Below are positions 49,144 through 59,683 of a stretch of DNA of 64,000 nt, piece by piece. A program made the position numbers and the translations under genes. Source of the stretch: Polyangia bacterium (lineage in GTDB: Bacteria > Myxococcota_A > Polyangia > JAAYKL01); NCBI GenBank assembly GCA_050287845.1, contig JBNKCR010000034.1, forward strand, positions 32,001-96,000, written 5' to 3'. Below the pieces are notes generated by a model. The model did not search any database and was not told the DNA's origin. It worked only from the letters and a program-made list of their open reading frames with translations. Numbering within the stretch: the first letter of the stretch is position 1; each line of letters starts with the position of its first letter.

Positions 49144-50382
49144 TCAGGGCTGGGTTGGCTGGGTGGCTGGAGGCGTGGCTGCCCGGGTGGCTCGTGTCCC
49201 GGGGTGCTCCCATGCCTTCACTTCCCAGGAAGTGTAGGGGGGCTGGTAATAGGTCAGGGCGACATCGAAGGGTCGCATGTATTTTTTGGGGATGTATTTG
49301 TTCAGGATTTCCTTCAGGTCCAGCCCGATACCGAAGTACACCACCCGGTTGGTATCTTTGGTTTTATCAAATGAGCGAAATCCGCGGCTATAATACCCAA
49401 GATGAAATTCGAGAAATCGCAGGGGCGTCTGTTTCAGCGGTTTGATGCCTGTCATGCGCAGGGCCATCAGATATTTCATCCCGGAATAGTCCGCCGCCAT
49501 CACTCCGCCGTCCATATATGATTTGGTGGGCCAGTACTCCAGTCGAAAATCAAAGAGTTCATCCACGGTGGGCGAAAGGCTCAAACCGGCAGAGATGGCA
49601 ACGCCAATGAAATCGGCGAGTATGTCTTCCCATGACCAGCCATAGGCGCTGGTGGCATCGCCCACTTCGATCCAGGTCATCAGTCCCATGGCCACCGAGG
49701 AACCGACGATGGTGGATCGCAATTTCGACCATCCCTGTCTGCGCAGTCGCCAGTTCAGGAAGTCTGCGAAAACATAGGCCGTGAAAAAATGCCCTGTTTT
49801 GTCTGCGCCCCCGGTGGAGGACTTCTGGGTGAATCCGTACTCTCTTTCAAAATGAAAGGATTGCTCGAACCAGTCCCAGAAATGGATACCCCAGGCAGAG
49901 ATGAGCATTGTGCCAAGAAACATCTCGTCCCCGAGGGCGATAAACGGATTCTGCGAGACCGGCGATGGCTGGGTTTCCTTTGTTGCATCTGCAGAAGCAC
50001 CGGGCGCGGTCCGGGTCGGAGGCGCCGTCGTTGAGGGGCCCGCCAGTTCCACGGTGATTTTCCGGTCGGCTTCCGGGGCGCCGGTGTCATTGGCCATCGG
50101 TGGCTGCTTCGACGCGGCGTCTGCGGATTTGGAGATCGCCGGACTGGATTCGGTTGTGGCGGATGTCGGTTGCTCAGCCCCATCAACTGCGCTGTTTCCA
50201 TCATTGGGGGTTGCTTCCGCAGAGGCGTCGGTGGGGGGGGCGGGGGCGGAGGAAGGACTCGCATCCGCTGTCCCTTCTTCTGTGGAAGATGCCGTGTCCG
50301 TGTCCTGTGCAGACAATGGCAGTGCCGCGCTGAACACGCATGTCATCAGAACTGCAAGAAGAATGGCTTTCATGGTCGTCAT
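49144..50382 (-). CDS. DUF2279/YfiM-like exported or outer-membrane protein
   Basis: Signal peptide, A/P/T-rich linker, GGADKTGHF, WSWED.LAD, RLEY and DYSGMKY. Confidence 0.72.
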   Translation of the reverse strand: MTTMKAILLAVLMTCVFSAALPLSAQDTDTASSTEEGTADASPSSAPAPPTDASAEATPNDGNSAVDGAEQPTSATTESSPAISKSADAASKQPPMANDTGAPEADRKITVELAGPSTTAPPTRTAPGASADATKETQPSPVSQNPFIALGDEMFLGTMLISAWGIHFWDWFEQSFHFEREYGFTQKSSTGGADKTGHFFTAYVFADFLNWRLRRQGWSKLRSTIVGSSVAMGLMTWIEVGDATSAYGWSWEDILADFIGVAISAGLSLSPTVDELFDFRLEYWPTKSYMDGGVMAADYSGMKYLMALRMTGIKPLKQTPLRFLEFHLGYYSRGFRSFDKTKDTNRVVYFGIGLDLKEILNKYIPKKYMRPFDVALTYYQPPYTSWEVKAWEHPGTRATRAATPPATQPTQP

Positions 50383-50488
50383 CGTTTCTTCCTTCTAAGG
50401 ATGATATAATTTTACCCGTATGTATTAAACGGTTCGAATCGCTTTAGAAAGAGAATATTTGGAAAACTGAAAATGATGCCGCAACAGA

Positions 50489-51892
50489 TCAGCCTTCATC
50501 TCGCAGGCCAAAGTCCTTCATTTTGGTTTGCAGGGATTTGCGGCTGATCTTGAGGAGCTGCGCCGCCCGGGTCACATTTTTATCCGTCTGGTCCAGGGCT
50601 TTGATGATCAGCTGTTTTTCGAGGTTGGCCGTGGCGGCGCGCACCTGGTCTTTCAGCCCGCCATTTTCAATATCGAGGGCGGCAGAAATCGCGATGTCCG
50701 CGCCACTGTCCCGCTGTTCTCTTCCGGATACCTCCGGTGGCAGATGGGAGACTTCAATCCGGGCATCGTCGCAAAACAGTGTGCAGCGCTCCACCACATT
50801 TTCGAGTTCGCGAATATTGCCGGGCCATTCGTGAGCCAGCAGTGCCTGAAGCGCATCCGGCTGAAAGTCCTCAATCGCCTTTCCGAGCCGCTGGTTGTAT
50901 TTGGTGAGAAAATGTCTGGCAAGCAGCGGGATATCTTCTTTACGGTCAGCAAGACGTGGCAGGGGAATGTGCACCACATTCAGCCGATAAAAAAGATCGT
51001 CGCGGAATTTTCCGTCTTTCACCATCTGCCGCAAATCCTGATTGGTCGCGGTAATCAGCCGCACGTCCACTTTTGTGGTGCTGACGCCGCCCACTCTCTC
51101 AAATTCGCCTTCCTGGATGGCGCGCAGCAGTTTGACCTGCATTTCCATGGAGATTTCCCCCACTTCATCCAGAAAGAGCGTGCCGCCGTCGGCCAGTTCG
51201 AACCGGCCGGGTTTGGCGGTTTCCGCTCCGGTAAATGCGCCTTTTTCGTATCCGAAGAGCTCACTTTCAATAAGGGTTGGGGGAATGGCTGCACAATTCA
51301 CGCGAATGAAGGGCATTTTGTTTCGATTGGAGTTGTCAAACAGCGCTCGGGCAATCAATTCCTTGCCGGTTCCGCTGTCGCCGGAAATGAGAACCGTGGA
51401 AGGTGTGGCGGCGACCCGTTCCACCATTTCGTAAATTTCCTGCATCCGGCCACTTTTCCCGATAATTTTAAACCGACCGTCCTGGCCGGTGTCGGCGCCG
51501 AATTCCTTTTTCGACAATTCGCGGGTTCGAGCCGCTTTGGCCACTACATCTTTCAGCGCATTCCGGTCGTAGGGCTTGGTAATGTAATCAAATGCGCCCA
51601 GCTTGATGGCTTCCACTGCCGTGTCCACCGTCCCATGGGCCGTGATCATCACAACGGGCAGTGACACATGACTTTTTTGAATCTCCGCCAGCAGTGCCAT
51701 GCCATCCATCTCCGGCATCCGCAGGTCGGTGATGACGATGTCGATATGATTTTCGTTGAGTACTTTCACCGCTTCGGTTCCCGTTTCTGCCAGGTGAACC
51801 TCATATCCCCAGCGTTCCAGCTGTGCCTTCAGCATCCGTCTCAGATTTCGCTCATCGTCGGCGACCAGTACCTGTATTTTTTCTTCGCTCAT
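50489..51892 (-). CDS. Sigma-54-dependent response regulator (NtrC family)
   Basis: REC domain (ADDE, TDLRMP), GDSGTGKE, GAFTGA, LFLDEVGE, WPGNIREL, and Fis-type HTH. Confidence 0.96.
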   Translation of the reverse strand: MSEEKIQVLVADDERNLRRMLKAQLERWGYEVHLAETGTEAVKVLNENHIDIVITDLRMPEMDGMALLAEIQKSHVSLPVVMITAHGTVDTAVEAIKLGAFDYITKPYDRNALKDVVAKAARTRELSKKEFGADTGQDGRFKIIGKSGRMQEIYEMVERVAATPSTVLISGDSGTGKELIARALFDNSNRNKMPFIRVNCAAIPPTLIESELFGYEKGAFTGAETAKPGRFELADGGTLFLDEVGEISMEMQVKLLRAIQEGEFERVGGVSTTKVDVRLITATNQDLRQMVKDGKFRDDLFYRLNVVHIPLPRLADRKEDIPLLARHFLTKYNQRLGKAIEDFQPDALQALLAHEWPGNIRELENVVERCTLFCDDARIEVSHLPPEVSGREQRDSGADIAISAALDIENGGLKDQVRAATANLEKQLIIKALDQTDKNVTRAAQLLKISRKSLQTKMKDFGLRDEG

Positions 51893-51987
51893 GGATTCTT
51901 CTTGCTCTGCAATTTAATCTGTCTGTTGTGGTTGTACACAGCCAAAACCCTCCCGGGCTGGTGGGGAATGCTATAGCACAAACCGAA

Positions 51988-53157
51988 TTAGTAAAGATGA
52001 AAATGGGATTTCACTTCGCGAAATTGGGATTCCCCGTGTTCCCAGGTGGAGGCAAGTTCTTCCAGGGAAAGGTTGGTTTCGATTCCCTTGCGGATGGCAG
52101 CGGTGCCGCACAGCAGGTCCATGGCGGGAATATCGCTGATGAACTCATAGGGGGCGTTTCGCCAGCAGAACTGATCCGGGGCGATTTTTTTCAGGGCGGA
52201 AATGATGGCCACCCCGGTCCGAAAGGGCAGAAATCGCCGGCGATCGGTAATGTGCAACTGCGCGCCCGGACAGATGGCGCCTGCGTGTTTCTGAAACATC
52301 GGTTTAAATGACATGGGTCGAAAGTATACACCGGGCAGCGCCTGGTCCATCAGATGGGCCACCAGGGTTTCATTGTTGATGCCGGGGGCCCCGAAGTATT
52401 CAAAGGGCAGGGTGGTGCCGCGTCCTTCAGAACACCAGGTGGCTTCCAGCAGACATTGCCCCGGATACACCAGCGCGGTATTCAGCGACGGCATGTTGGG
52501 GGACGGCGCCACCCAGGGCAGGCCGGTCTCATCGTAAAACATGTGGCGTTGCCACCCTTTCATGGGGACTACGGTGAGGATGTCCGATGCATCTTCGTGG
52601 GCGGCCACCATGGTAACCATTTCGCCAATGGTCATCCCGTGACGGGCAGGCAGTTTTCGAAGGCCCACAAAGGAAAGAAATCCATCTTCCTGGGGTGCCC
52701 CTTCCACGGTTTCGCCGTTCAGGGGATTGGGACGATCGAGCAGAATCATCTGAGTGCCGCATTTTTTGCATACTTCCAGGCACAGCACGGCGGTCCATAC
52801 AAACGTGTAGTACCGGGCACCCACATCCATAAGGTCCACCACCAATGCATCCAGTTGGCCCACCACGTCCGCCGATGGCGAAAGACTGTCCGCCGAACTG
52901 CCATACAGACTGTACAGATCAATGCCCATCGGGCCACGGGACGGCGTGTCGACGGGTTCCATATCCTGTGCTTCTCCGCCGAATCCATGCTCCGGACCAT
53001 ACAGCGCTGTAACGGTTGCCCCTTTTGCCAGAAGCGCCGGCAGAATATGAATGAAACGGGAAGTGACACTGGCGGGATGGGCAACAATCCCGATGTTTCT
53101 GTTTTGAACCAGCTGTGCATGATTTGCCAGCAGATTATCTAATCCTGTGAGTATCAT
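51988..53157 (-). CDS. namZ: Exo-beta-N-acetylmuramidase NamZ family (DUF1343)
   Basis: GPEHG, SLYG, DVGARYYTF, LDRPNP, RHGMTIGE, PSPNMP and SEGRGT. Confidence 0.88.
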   Translation of the reverse strand: MILTGLDNLLANHAQLVQNRNIGIVAHPASVTSRFIHILPALLAKGATVTALYGPEHGFGGEAQDMEPVDTPSRGPMGIDLYSLYGSSADSLSPSADVVGQLDALVVDLMDVGARYYTFVWTAVLCLEVCKKCGTQMILLDRPNPLNGETVEGAPQEDGFLSFVGLRKLPARHGMTIGEMVTMVAAHEDASDILTVVPMKGWQRHMFYDETGLPWVAPSPNMPSLNTALVYPGQCLLEATWCSEGRGTTLPFEYFGAPGINNETLVAHLMDQALPGVYFRPMSFKPMFQKHAGAICPGAQLHITDRRRFLPFRTGVAIISALKKIAPDQFCWRNAPYEFISDIPAMDLLCGTAAIRKGIETNLSLEELASTWEHGESQFREVKSHFHLY

Positions 53158-53438
53158 GAATCCAGTGTACTTCATTTTAGGGGGGGAATGCGAAACATTG
53201 AACATTTTAACCGGGGTGATTGTGTCGTCGTGCGAATTGTCAGTGCAATGATTACCGCCTACCACCTGCGCATGATGCACAGTGTCCGAATTACCCCATG
53301 TGGTTGCGATGACCCGATGGAATAATTGGATTTTCAGAAAAAGCTGAATTGTTCATCTGGCACCTTCAGCCGCCATGGTTGCGACCGATGTAGAGCATAT
53401 CAAATCGGCCATTGCGCCGTATCAATCCGGGGGAGATC

Positions 53439-54128
53439 ATGAATATCGTACTACATGTGGTTGTAATGGGAATCGTACTGATGACGTTCGGTTGTGACGG
53501 AGAGTTCTTTATGGATGGGGCGAGTCCGGAAGAGTTGAAAGCGAACGCGAAAGTGGACGAGAAAGAAAAATCGAAAACAGATTCTGAATTTTATTTTTCC
53601 ACAAAGGAGTTGCCGGAAAACTGCACTATCGGTGAACGGATGTGCCACCAGCATCTGATGCTGGTATGCACGGACGGAGAGTGGAAAGCGGTCTGGAGTT
53701 GCGGCAGAAAGGACGGTGCATGTGTTGAAAGGTCGGTGGGGTACATCTGCATTGATCTGAACGATGACAGTGACGATAGCGACGACAGTGACGACAGCGA
53801 CGATAGCGACGACAGTGACGACGACAGCGACGACAGCGACGATGACAGCGATGACGATAGCGATGACAGCGATGACGATAGCGATGACAGCGATGACGAT
53901 AGCGACGACAGCGACGATGACAGCGATGACGATAGCGACGACAGCGACGATGACAGCGATGACGATAGCGACGACAGCGACGATGACAGCGACGATAGTG
54001 ATGACAGCGATGACGATAGCGATGACAGCGATGATGATGATGACGATGACAGCGATGATGATGATGACGATGACAGCGATGATGATGATGACAGCGACGA
54101 TGATGATGACGATGACAGCAAAAATTAA
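53439..54128 (+). CDS. Lipoprotein with a Cys-rich domain and an approximately 120-residue poly-Asp/Ser C-terminal tail
   Basis: GGGGGAG RBS, lipobox TFGC, six further Cys, then (DDS/DDDS)n running to the C-terminus. Confidence 0.8.
   Translation: MNIVLHVVVMGIVLMTFGCDGEFFMDGASPEELKANAKVDEKEKSKTDSEFYFSTKELPENCTIGERMCHQHLMLVCTDGEWKAVWSCGRKDGACVERSVGYICIDLNDDSDDSDDSDDSDDSDDSDDDSDDSDDDSDDDSDDSDDDSDDSDDDSDDSDDDSDDDSDDSDDDSDDDSDDSDDDSDDSDDSDDDSDDSDDDDDDDSDDDDDDDSDDDDDSDDDDDDDSKN
53761..54120 (+). repeat. Coding GAY/AGC triplet repeat (poly D/S)
   Basis: Directly visible. Confidence 0.97.
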
Positions 54129-54565
54129 GTAGTGGCAAAAAAATTTTTGCCCTTATGATGGGCAGGTATGACACTGTGCCCGAATGACTGGGGTGCGATC
54201 CCCGCTTTCTTCAAACCCGAAACGGCGCCAATCGCGCAGACCTTTTCATCCACACCTGTACACTCTGAAAAGGTCAATCCCGGCATCAGGATGCTGCATG
54301 GAGTTCTTTTCACTCTGATCAGTTTTCTCCAGAGCCCGCACCTTCAACTCTACGGTTATTTGAAGCCTGATGCTGCTGGAGGCGCTTTGGATATCGCCCA
54401 TCGAATCACCGATAGCATGTCGGCATTTGCCACTGGCTGGGGTGGTGTTTCCAGGAATGCCTGTAGCCATTGGGAACGCGACTTCGGTGCTTTAGGTGGT
54501 TTTCGCTGGCAATGGTGAAATATCTCACCAGTATTGGCGACACTTCTTAATCGACATGATTTTAT

Positions 54566-54596
54566 TTGACAAACAGGCCATATTGATGCTTAGAGT
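54566..54596 (+). promoter_or_regulatory. Putative sigma-70 promoter of the TBDR/ECF operon
   Basis: TTGACA at 54566-54571 and TAGAGT at 54591-54596. The 19-nt spacer is suboptimal. Confidence 0.45.
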
Positions 54597-54621
54597 GTTA
54601 CGTTTATATTTTTCGTAATAC
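54595..54621. promoter_or_regulatory. Putative NikR operator GTGTTAC-N13-GTAATAC
   Basis: Imperfect palindrome with widely spaced half-sites, the geometry expected for tetrameric NikR. It overlaps the putative -10, and nikR lies at the end of the operon. Confidence 0.7.
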
Positions 54622-54648
54622 TATGAAGTTTCACAAGGAGGTCGGATA

Positions 54649-55164
54649 ATGAAACATGGATATAGGAATCCTGGAATTTTTACTGTTCTGGTCATGGTTG
54701 CTACGGTGTTGGTAGTGTCCGGTTGTGATGACGGAAGTGAAGAATCGGCATTTGTTCAAATAAAGAACGATTTCAACAATCCGGAGATGGATTTCCAGCC
54801 ACCGTGGACGATCTGCGAGTCCTCCTACCTCGATGTCGAGTTCGGCAACGTCGCCATCGGAGAAACCAGCATCAAGCAGGAAGTCGTTCCGGGGTTGGAT
54901 AACGTCTTGATGGTAGCAGCCTGGGATGACCCGACCTGTGCTCCGGAGAACTGCCTGCCATTGGCCAGTAGGAACGAGGAGGAGGTCGTAGACGGCCAGA
55001 CCCGAACCATCTCCCTCAACCTCCCCAATCACCAGGGACCTTGCCCACCCGAGGGTGTGCAGCCCATCCCTCAGGAGCTGTACGACCGAATTCTGGCGCT
55101 GTGGCCCGAATACAATTTCAAACCGTATGACCAACGAACCGAAAATACTCAATGCCAGGATTGA
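54649..55164 (+). CDS. Cys-rich hypothetical lipoprotein
   Basis: AAGGAGG RBS, lipobox VSGC, five further Cys. Confidence 0.8.
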   Translation: MKHGYRNPGIFTVLVMVATVLVVSGCDDGSEESAFVQIKNDFNNPEMDFQPPWTICESSYLDVEFGNVAIGETSIKQEVVPGLDNVLMVAAWDDPTCAPENCLPLASRNEEEVVDGQTRTISLNLPNHQGPCPPEGVQPIPQELYDRILALWPEYNFKPYDQRTENTQCQD

Positions 55165-55170
55165 TCCGAT

Positions 55171-55665
55171 TTGTACGTGCATAATTTTCATTTTTGTTGC
55201 TTCTTTTTTCTATCTTGTGTCGGTGCTCTTTTTTATGCCGGATGTGAATCTGTTTACCCGGAGATTGTTGTCATCAACAAAACGAATGAGCACATTCAAC
55301 TCAAGGATCTTAGTTTTAACGGTTGTCTCTGGAATACTGTGATCGGATATGATGAGGCAACGTCTCCTGGTCGCTGCCTGCCGGGCAGTGACAGAATTCA
55401 TTTCAAAAAGTTCGATGCCGAGAGTCATTGTCAAGAACAGGCAGAGGATGGAACGATAGACGGTATTTGCCTTTGTGACGGAGGAACGGATTCTAATCTG
55501 GACACTGATTCGGTGGATGAAGGCCTCATTAATGTCGAACCCAATTGGTTCAATTATCAAACGGTGTCTGTGAAAAAGGCCGATTATGGCGAGTTTCATA
55601 TTTATGAAATAACTTTAGATGATATGGAGCAAGACTTCTCTGTTCCCGGACCCTATGGGCATTGA
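55171..55665 (+). CDS. Cys-rich hypothetical lipoprotein (start uncertain)
   Basis: Hydrophobic N-terminus with lipobox YAGC, CLC motif, ends PGPYGH. Confidence 0.7.
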   Translation: MYVHNFHFCCFFFLSCVGALFYAGCESVYPEIVVINKTNEHIQLKDLSFNGCLWNTVIGYDEATSPGRCLPGSDRIHFKKFDAESHCQEQAEDGTIDGICLCDGGTDSNLDTDSVDEGLINVEPNWFNYQTVSVKKADYGEFHIYEITLDDMEQDFSVPGPYGH

Positions 55666-55675
55666 GGAGAATTGC

Positions 55676-57769
55676 ATGCGCTTCCTTGTTCTTTTATTTT
55701 TTTCGCTTTTTTACCTTTTTGCATTTACTGCTGTGGCACAGACAAATGACAATACACAGGACTCCAATGTAGACGCAGAACAGGATCAAAACACCATAGA
55801 CACGGATAGCGACTCAGTGCAGTTTGATTCAAATACTGACTCTGATTCAAATACTGACGATGGAACACAGAGTTTAAGATCTCAAAACAAACTTGAAAGT
55901 GCAACGGCTTCTCCCAAAGAATCCAATTTGTCAGACACACAACAAGACACTCAGGTCGAAATAGACAGCGAATCAGAAGCAATAGACTCAGGTGGCGCTG
56001 TGTATGATCTTCCTGAATACGAGGTGGTTGTCACAGGACGAAGGGCTATTTCAAAAGATCGGACCAAAGACGCCGTTGAGATTAAGGGGGAAAAATTACG
56101 CGAGAGTCCCAAATCGAGTGCACTGGAAGCGATCTCTCAGGAAAACGCTGGCGTATATGTCACCGGGAAAGGAGCTCTTCATGGTGTCGCCAGTGGTGCG
56201 ACAGGCGGTATCTATGTACGTGGACTGGGAGGCAGTCCCAATTCGCAGGTGCTTGTTGTAGAAGACGGGGTTCCCGATTATCAGGGAATCTTTGGTCACC
56301 CAATCCCTGATGCTTATGTGCCATTTCTCATTGATGATGTGCTCGTTATTAAAGGAGGAGACTCGGTGCTTTACGGCACCAATGCAATGGGTGGCGTTAT
56401 TGTTATTCGCAATCGATGGCGCGAACAGGACGGCTACGAAATTCTGAATGACTCGGCGTATGGCAGCTATTCTACTCTCCGAGAATCCGTTTCGTTGCTT
56501 GCAAAACATAAAAAATTTCATTTCGCTGGATCGTTCCTGGGGCTAACTACCGATGGTCACAGAGATGGTGCGGGAGGTAACGAAATTGTGGGTCATCTGG
56601 GGGTCCGATATCGATTCTCTTCCCATTGGACACTTGAGGCTCGAAATAAAGTCATTCATCTGGAGGGAGCCGATCCGGGACCGGCAACACATCCAAATCC
56701 AGACCATTGGTATGATGTGTGGCGAAACAATTCTTCTTTGCGTTTGAAAATGAGACATCAAACAATTCGCTTGGCTATAACACCGCATTTTAATTTGGGT
56801 GTTCATCGATTGTATGACGGTTTTTATTCAAAGGATTACGTGGCAGGGACAAATGCTGAGTTGATATGGAAGGCACACAAAAAACTCGAACTTCTTTCAG
56901 GGCTTTCGGTCCAACATGTCGGCGGCCAGGTAGAAAACCGTATCGAAGCAGAAACAATTGACGTAAGCAGTTTGACCGATTTTTCATTTTACAATCAACT
57001 GACTTTTCGAGCATTTGACATCGTTTCCGTGGTTCTTGGCACTCGTGAACTATACAGCTTGACCTACGGTTTTGTATTTCTTTACAAAGGCGGGATTCGG
57101 CTGGATATATACAAAGGCCTTTATTTCAAATCTGCGGTAGCCAGGAATTTTCGCCAACCCACAATTAGAGAACTGTATCTCCCTTTTCCAGGTGCAAACC
57201 CTGACCTTCGCCCTGAATTTGCAACCAATGTCGACGCACAGGTCGGGTACGAATCAAACAGATTTGAAGTCTCGATAACAGGGTACCGAACGCAGGCGAC
57301 TGATATAATTAAGTACTTTGGCTCGTGGCCAACAGCCGAAGTGGTAAATATCGACCATATTGTTATTTGGGGTATCGAGGGTAATCTGGGACTCCGAAAC
57401 ATAGGTCCATTTTATGGCAATGCGTCGGCTGATTTTCGAGAGGTGGGTAGATACACTCGCCAGAATCCTTCACTTAAAGTTGATAGCACCCTCGGAATCG
57501 AGCAGGAGTTCGGTCAACACTATGTCGCCGGATCTATCTGTGGAGAATGGGTCCACGGTCTCTATATGGCAAACTATAAGAGAGATCCCATAAGTGATGT
57601 GTTCACTATGGATTTGTCGTTGCGATATCGTTACACCGCTTCCAATGATCGTTTAACGATTGAGCCATATTTGTTTTTAAGGAATCTTTTGGATAGGCGA
57701 TACGCATTTGTGGAAAATTATCCGATGCCTGGATTCAATGTGATGGTCGGTTTGAAGCTGGGAGTATGA
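55676..57769 (+). CDS. TonB-dependent outer membrane receptor
   Basis: Signal peptide, acidic extension, TonB box EVVVTG, plug YVRGLGG...IKGGDSVLYGTNAMGGVI, FRQPT.RELY, LRPE, RNLLD, and terminal beta strand. Confidence 0.92.
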   Translation: MRFLVLLFFSLFYLFAFTAVAQTNDNTQDSNVDAEQDQNTIDTDSDSVQFDSNTDSDSNTDDGTQSLRSQNKLESATASPKESNLSDTQQDTQVEIDSESEAIDSGGAVYDLPEYEVVVTGRRAISKDRTKDAVEIKGEKLRESPKSSALEAISQENAGVYVTGKGALHGVASGATGGIYVRGLGGSPNSQVLVVEDGVPDYQGIFGHPIPDAYVPFLIDDVLVIKGGDSVLYGTNAMGGVIVIRNRWREQDGYEILNDSAYGSYSTLRESVSLLAKHKKFHFAGSFLGLTTDGHRDGAGGNEIVGHLGVRYRFSSHWTLEARNKVIHLEGADPGPATHPNPDHWYDVWRNNSSLRLKMRHQTIRLAITPHFNLGVHRLYDGFYSKDYVAGTNAELIWKAHKKLELLSGLSVQHVGGQVENRIEAETIDVSSLTDFSFYNQLTFRAFDIVSVVLGTRELYSLTYGFVFLYKGGIRLDIYKGLYFKSAVARNFRQPTIRELYLPFPGANPDLRPEFATNVDAQVGYESNRFEVSITGYRTQATDIIKYFGSWPTAEVVNIDHIVIWGIEGNLGLRNIGPFYGNASADFREVGRYTRQNPSLKVDSTLGIEQEFGQHYVAGSICGEWVHGLYMANYKRDPISDVFTMDLSLRYRYTASNDRLTIEPYLFLRNLLDRRYAFVENYPMPGFNVMVGLKLGV

Positions 57770-58311
57770 AAATGTCTAGAAAAATATCATCACGAGAAAT
57801 CGCCTACTGTGGTTGCCTGGGTGCTGCGGCGTTACTACTGCCTGTATTATTTCATTTGCTGCGATTGGGCCATATTTTCATGCCCATGTATTTTCCGCTT
57901 GTACTCCTGGCGTTTTTTGTAAGACCAGTACCATCGGCTATTACGGCTTTTATTACACCTCTAATCTCGGCAACCGTCACCGGTATGCCGCCTTTTTATC
58001 CTCCGATTGCGATATTCATGGCAATCGAATTGTCGATAATGAACGCAATTATCTCCGGAGTGAAACATAAATGGCCGCGGATGAATGATCTCGTCACATT
58101 GGTGCCGACTCTATTGTTCGGTCGAATACTCTATGTTGGATTGGTTTATGCGTTTTCGTTGGTCATAGAACTTCCCGCAAAATTCATGGCGGGACTATCT
58201 TTTTTGGGGGGGTGGCCAGGTATCATATTGATGATTGTCGTCATCCCCATTGTAACCAGTACATATAAAATGCGAAGTACTGCGGATTGTTCGAAGGAGA
58301 CTCCACGATGA
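57766..58311 (+). CDS. ECF transporter S component of unknown specificity
   Basis: Multi-TM protein with LPVLFH...FMPMYFP...TGMPP...MAIEL...PGI pattern. Confidence 0.78.
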   Translation: MKMSRKISSREIAYCGCLGAAALLLPVLFHLLRLGHIFMPMYFPLVLLAFFVRPVPSAITAFITPLISATVTGMPPFYPPIAIFMAIELSIMNAIISGVKHKWPRMNDLVTLVPTLLFGRILYVGLVYAFSLVIELPAKFMAGLSFLGGWPGIILMIVVIPIVTSTYKMRSTADCSKETPR

Positions 58312-58937
58312 CAAAAGACACGGCCAAAACGGAATTTTTTGATCAAATCGCTACGAAATGGGATAGCTGGGAAGATTTGCCAACATTACATGAAAACCTG
58401 ATATCGGGATTTCAGAGCCTCGGAGTCTCATCCAATGAAATTGTTCTCGACGTGGGTTGCGGGACCGGTAATTTGTCATTGGCTCTACTATCTGTGCTAG
58501 GCAGCAAAGGACGCGTCGTCGCTGTCGACATTTCACCCGCCATGTTGGGAGAAGCCCAAAAAAAAACGCAAGACTCTCGAATAACATGGTATCTGTCTGA
58601 TGCTTGTTCAGTACCCGAAAAAGAAGGTTCGTTTCATAGGATCATATGTTATTCCGTTTGGCCCCACTTTGAAGATATCGACAAGGTCGTCGCAGAATTC
58701 GATAGGCTATTGAAACCTGGAGGGCATCTTCATGTTTGGCATTTGAACTCTAAAGAAACCATTAACAAAATACATGCGGAAGCCTCTGAAGCGGTCCGCG
58801 ATGATGTGCTTGCTCCAGCAGAAGAGACTGCCGCGCATATCGAAAAACATGGTTTCGAGATATTGGACATTGTTGACAACGAAGAGCGGTATCTCGTCAC
58901 GGCCAGGAAATCCGAACGGAAGGTATCGGCGTCTTGA
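58308..58937 (+). CDS. Class I SAM-dependent methyltransferase
   Basis: FFD..A..WD, VLDVGCGTG, VDISPAML, VWPHF and LKPGG. Confidence 0.9.
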   Translation: MTKDTAKTEFFDQIATKWDSWEDLPTLHENLISGFQSLGVSSNEIVLDVGCGTGNLSLALLSVLGSKGRVVAVDISPAMLGEAQKKTQDSRITWYLSDACSVPEKEGSFHRIICYSVWPHFEDIDKVVAEFDRLLKPGGHLHVWHLNSKETINKIHAEASEAVRDDVLAPAEETAAHIEKHGFEILDIVDNEERYLVTARKSERKVSAS

Positions 58938-59683
58938 AATCTGTTTGGCACGATATTTGGGGCAGCGCTCAAGGGGGTATTGCCACATTCGCACCTCAAA
59001 CACGTATTCTTGCTGGTACTGCTGTTTTCGCTGTTTGCGTTCTTGCTCCTGCCGATGCGTCTCCTGGTGTCGCGCTATCTTCATTCTGCCTGTTGTTTTG
59101 GTTTTTACTTTGTCGCCCCAAAGCCAAAATTGTGCAATCGATGACTCTGTTCGGTTTAGCAATGTTTGCGCCCTATTTTTTACTTTCGCCGCTAATCGCC
59201 TCTGATACAACGTCTTTGGCTCAATCCATGATTGTTCCTTGGCGCGTATTTTTTCGTGGAATGTTAACGTTGCTTATTTGTATTACAACGATATCTACCC
59301 TCACTCTTAGTGAATTGAGAGCAGGCATTTCTAACCTTCCAGTTCCGGTTATTGTACGAGAGATTATTCTGCAAATTGTTCATCAAACAATATCGATGAC
59401 TTATGAAACCAGAAGAATTGCTCAAGCTATGGCTGTGCGGGGCGTGTCGGGAAAAATCCGGACAGCCATCAAAGTACTCACTACATTGCCTCAAGTCTGG
59501 TTGCCGCGAGTCATTGGACGGGCTGAGAATATTGCAGCTGCCATGGAAGTTCGTGGATATTCAGATGTCAATCTCGCAGAGATCGACTCGCCAGGACTCC
59601 GGCCACGAGATGTCCTCTTACTTTTCTTCACCGGGGTTTTGTTGACCATGTCTTTCCTCATTCGATTTGGATGGACAAAATGA
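58934..59683 (+). CDS. ECF transmembrane T component (CbiQ/NikQ/EcfT family)
   Basis: TM helices, then AMAVRG and AMEVRGY coupling motifs. Confidence 0.85.
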   Translation: MKSVWHDIWGSAQGGIATFAPQTRILAGTAVFAVCVLAPADASPGVALSSFCLLFWFLLCRPKAKIVQSMTLFGLAMFAPYFLLSPLIASDTTSLAQSMIVPWRVFFRGMLTLLICITTISTLTLSELRAGISNLPVPVIVREIILQIVHQTISMTYETRRIAQAMAVRGVSGKIRTAIKVLTTLPQVWLPRVIGRAENIAAAMEVRGYSDVNLAEIDSPGLRPRDVLLLFFTGVLLTMSFLIRFGWTK

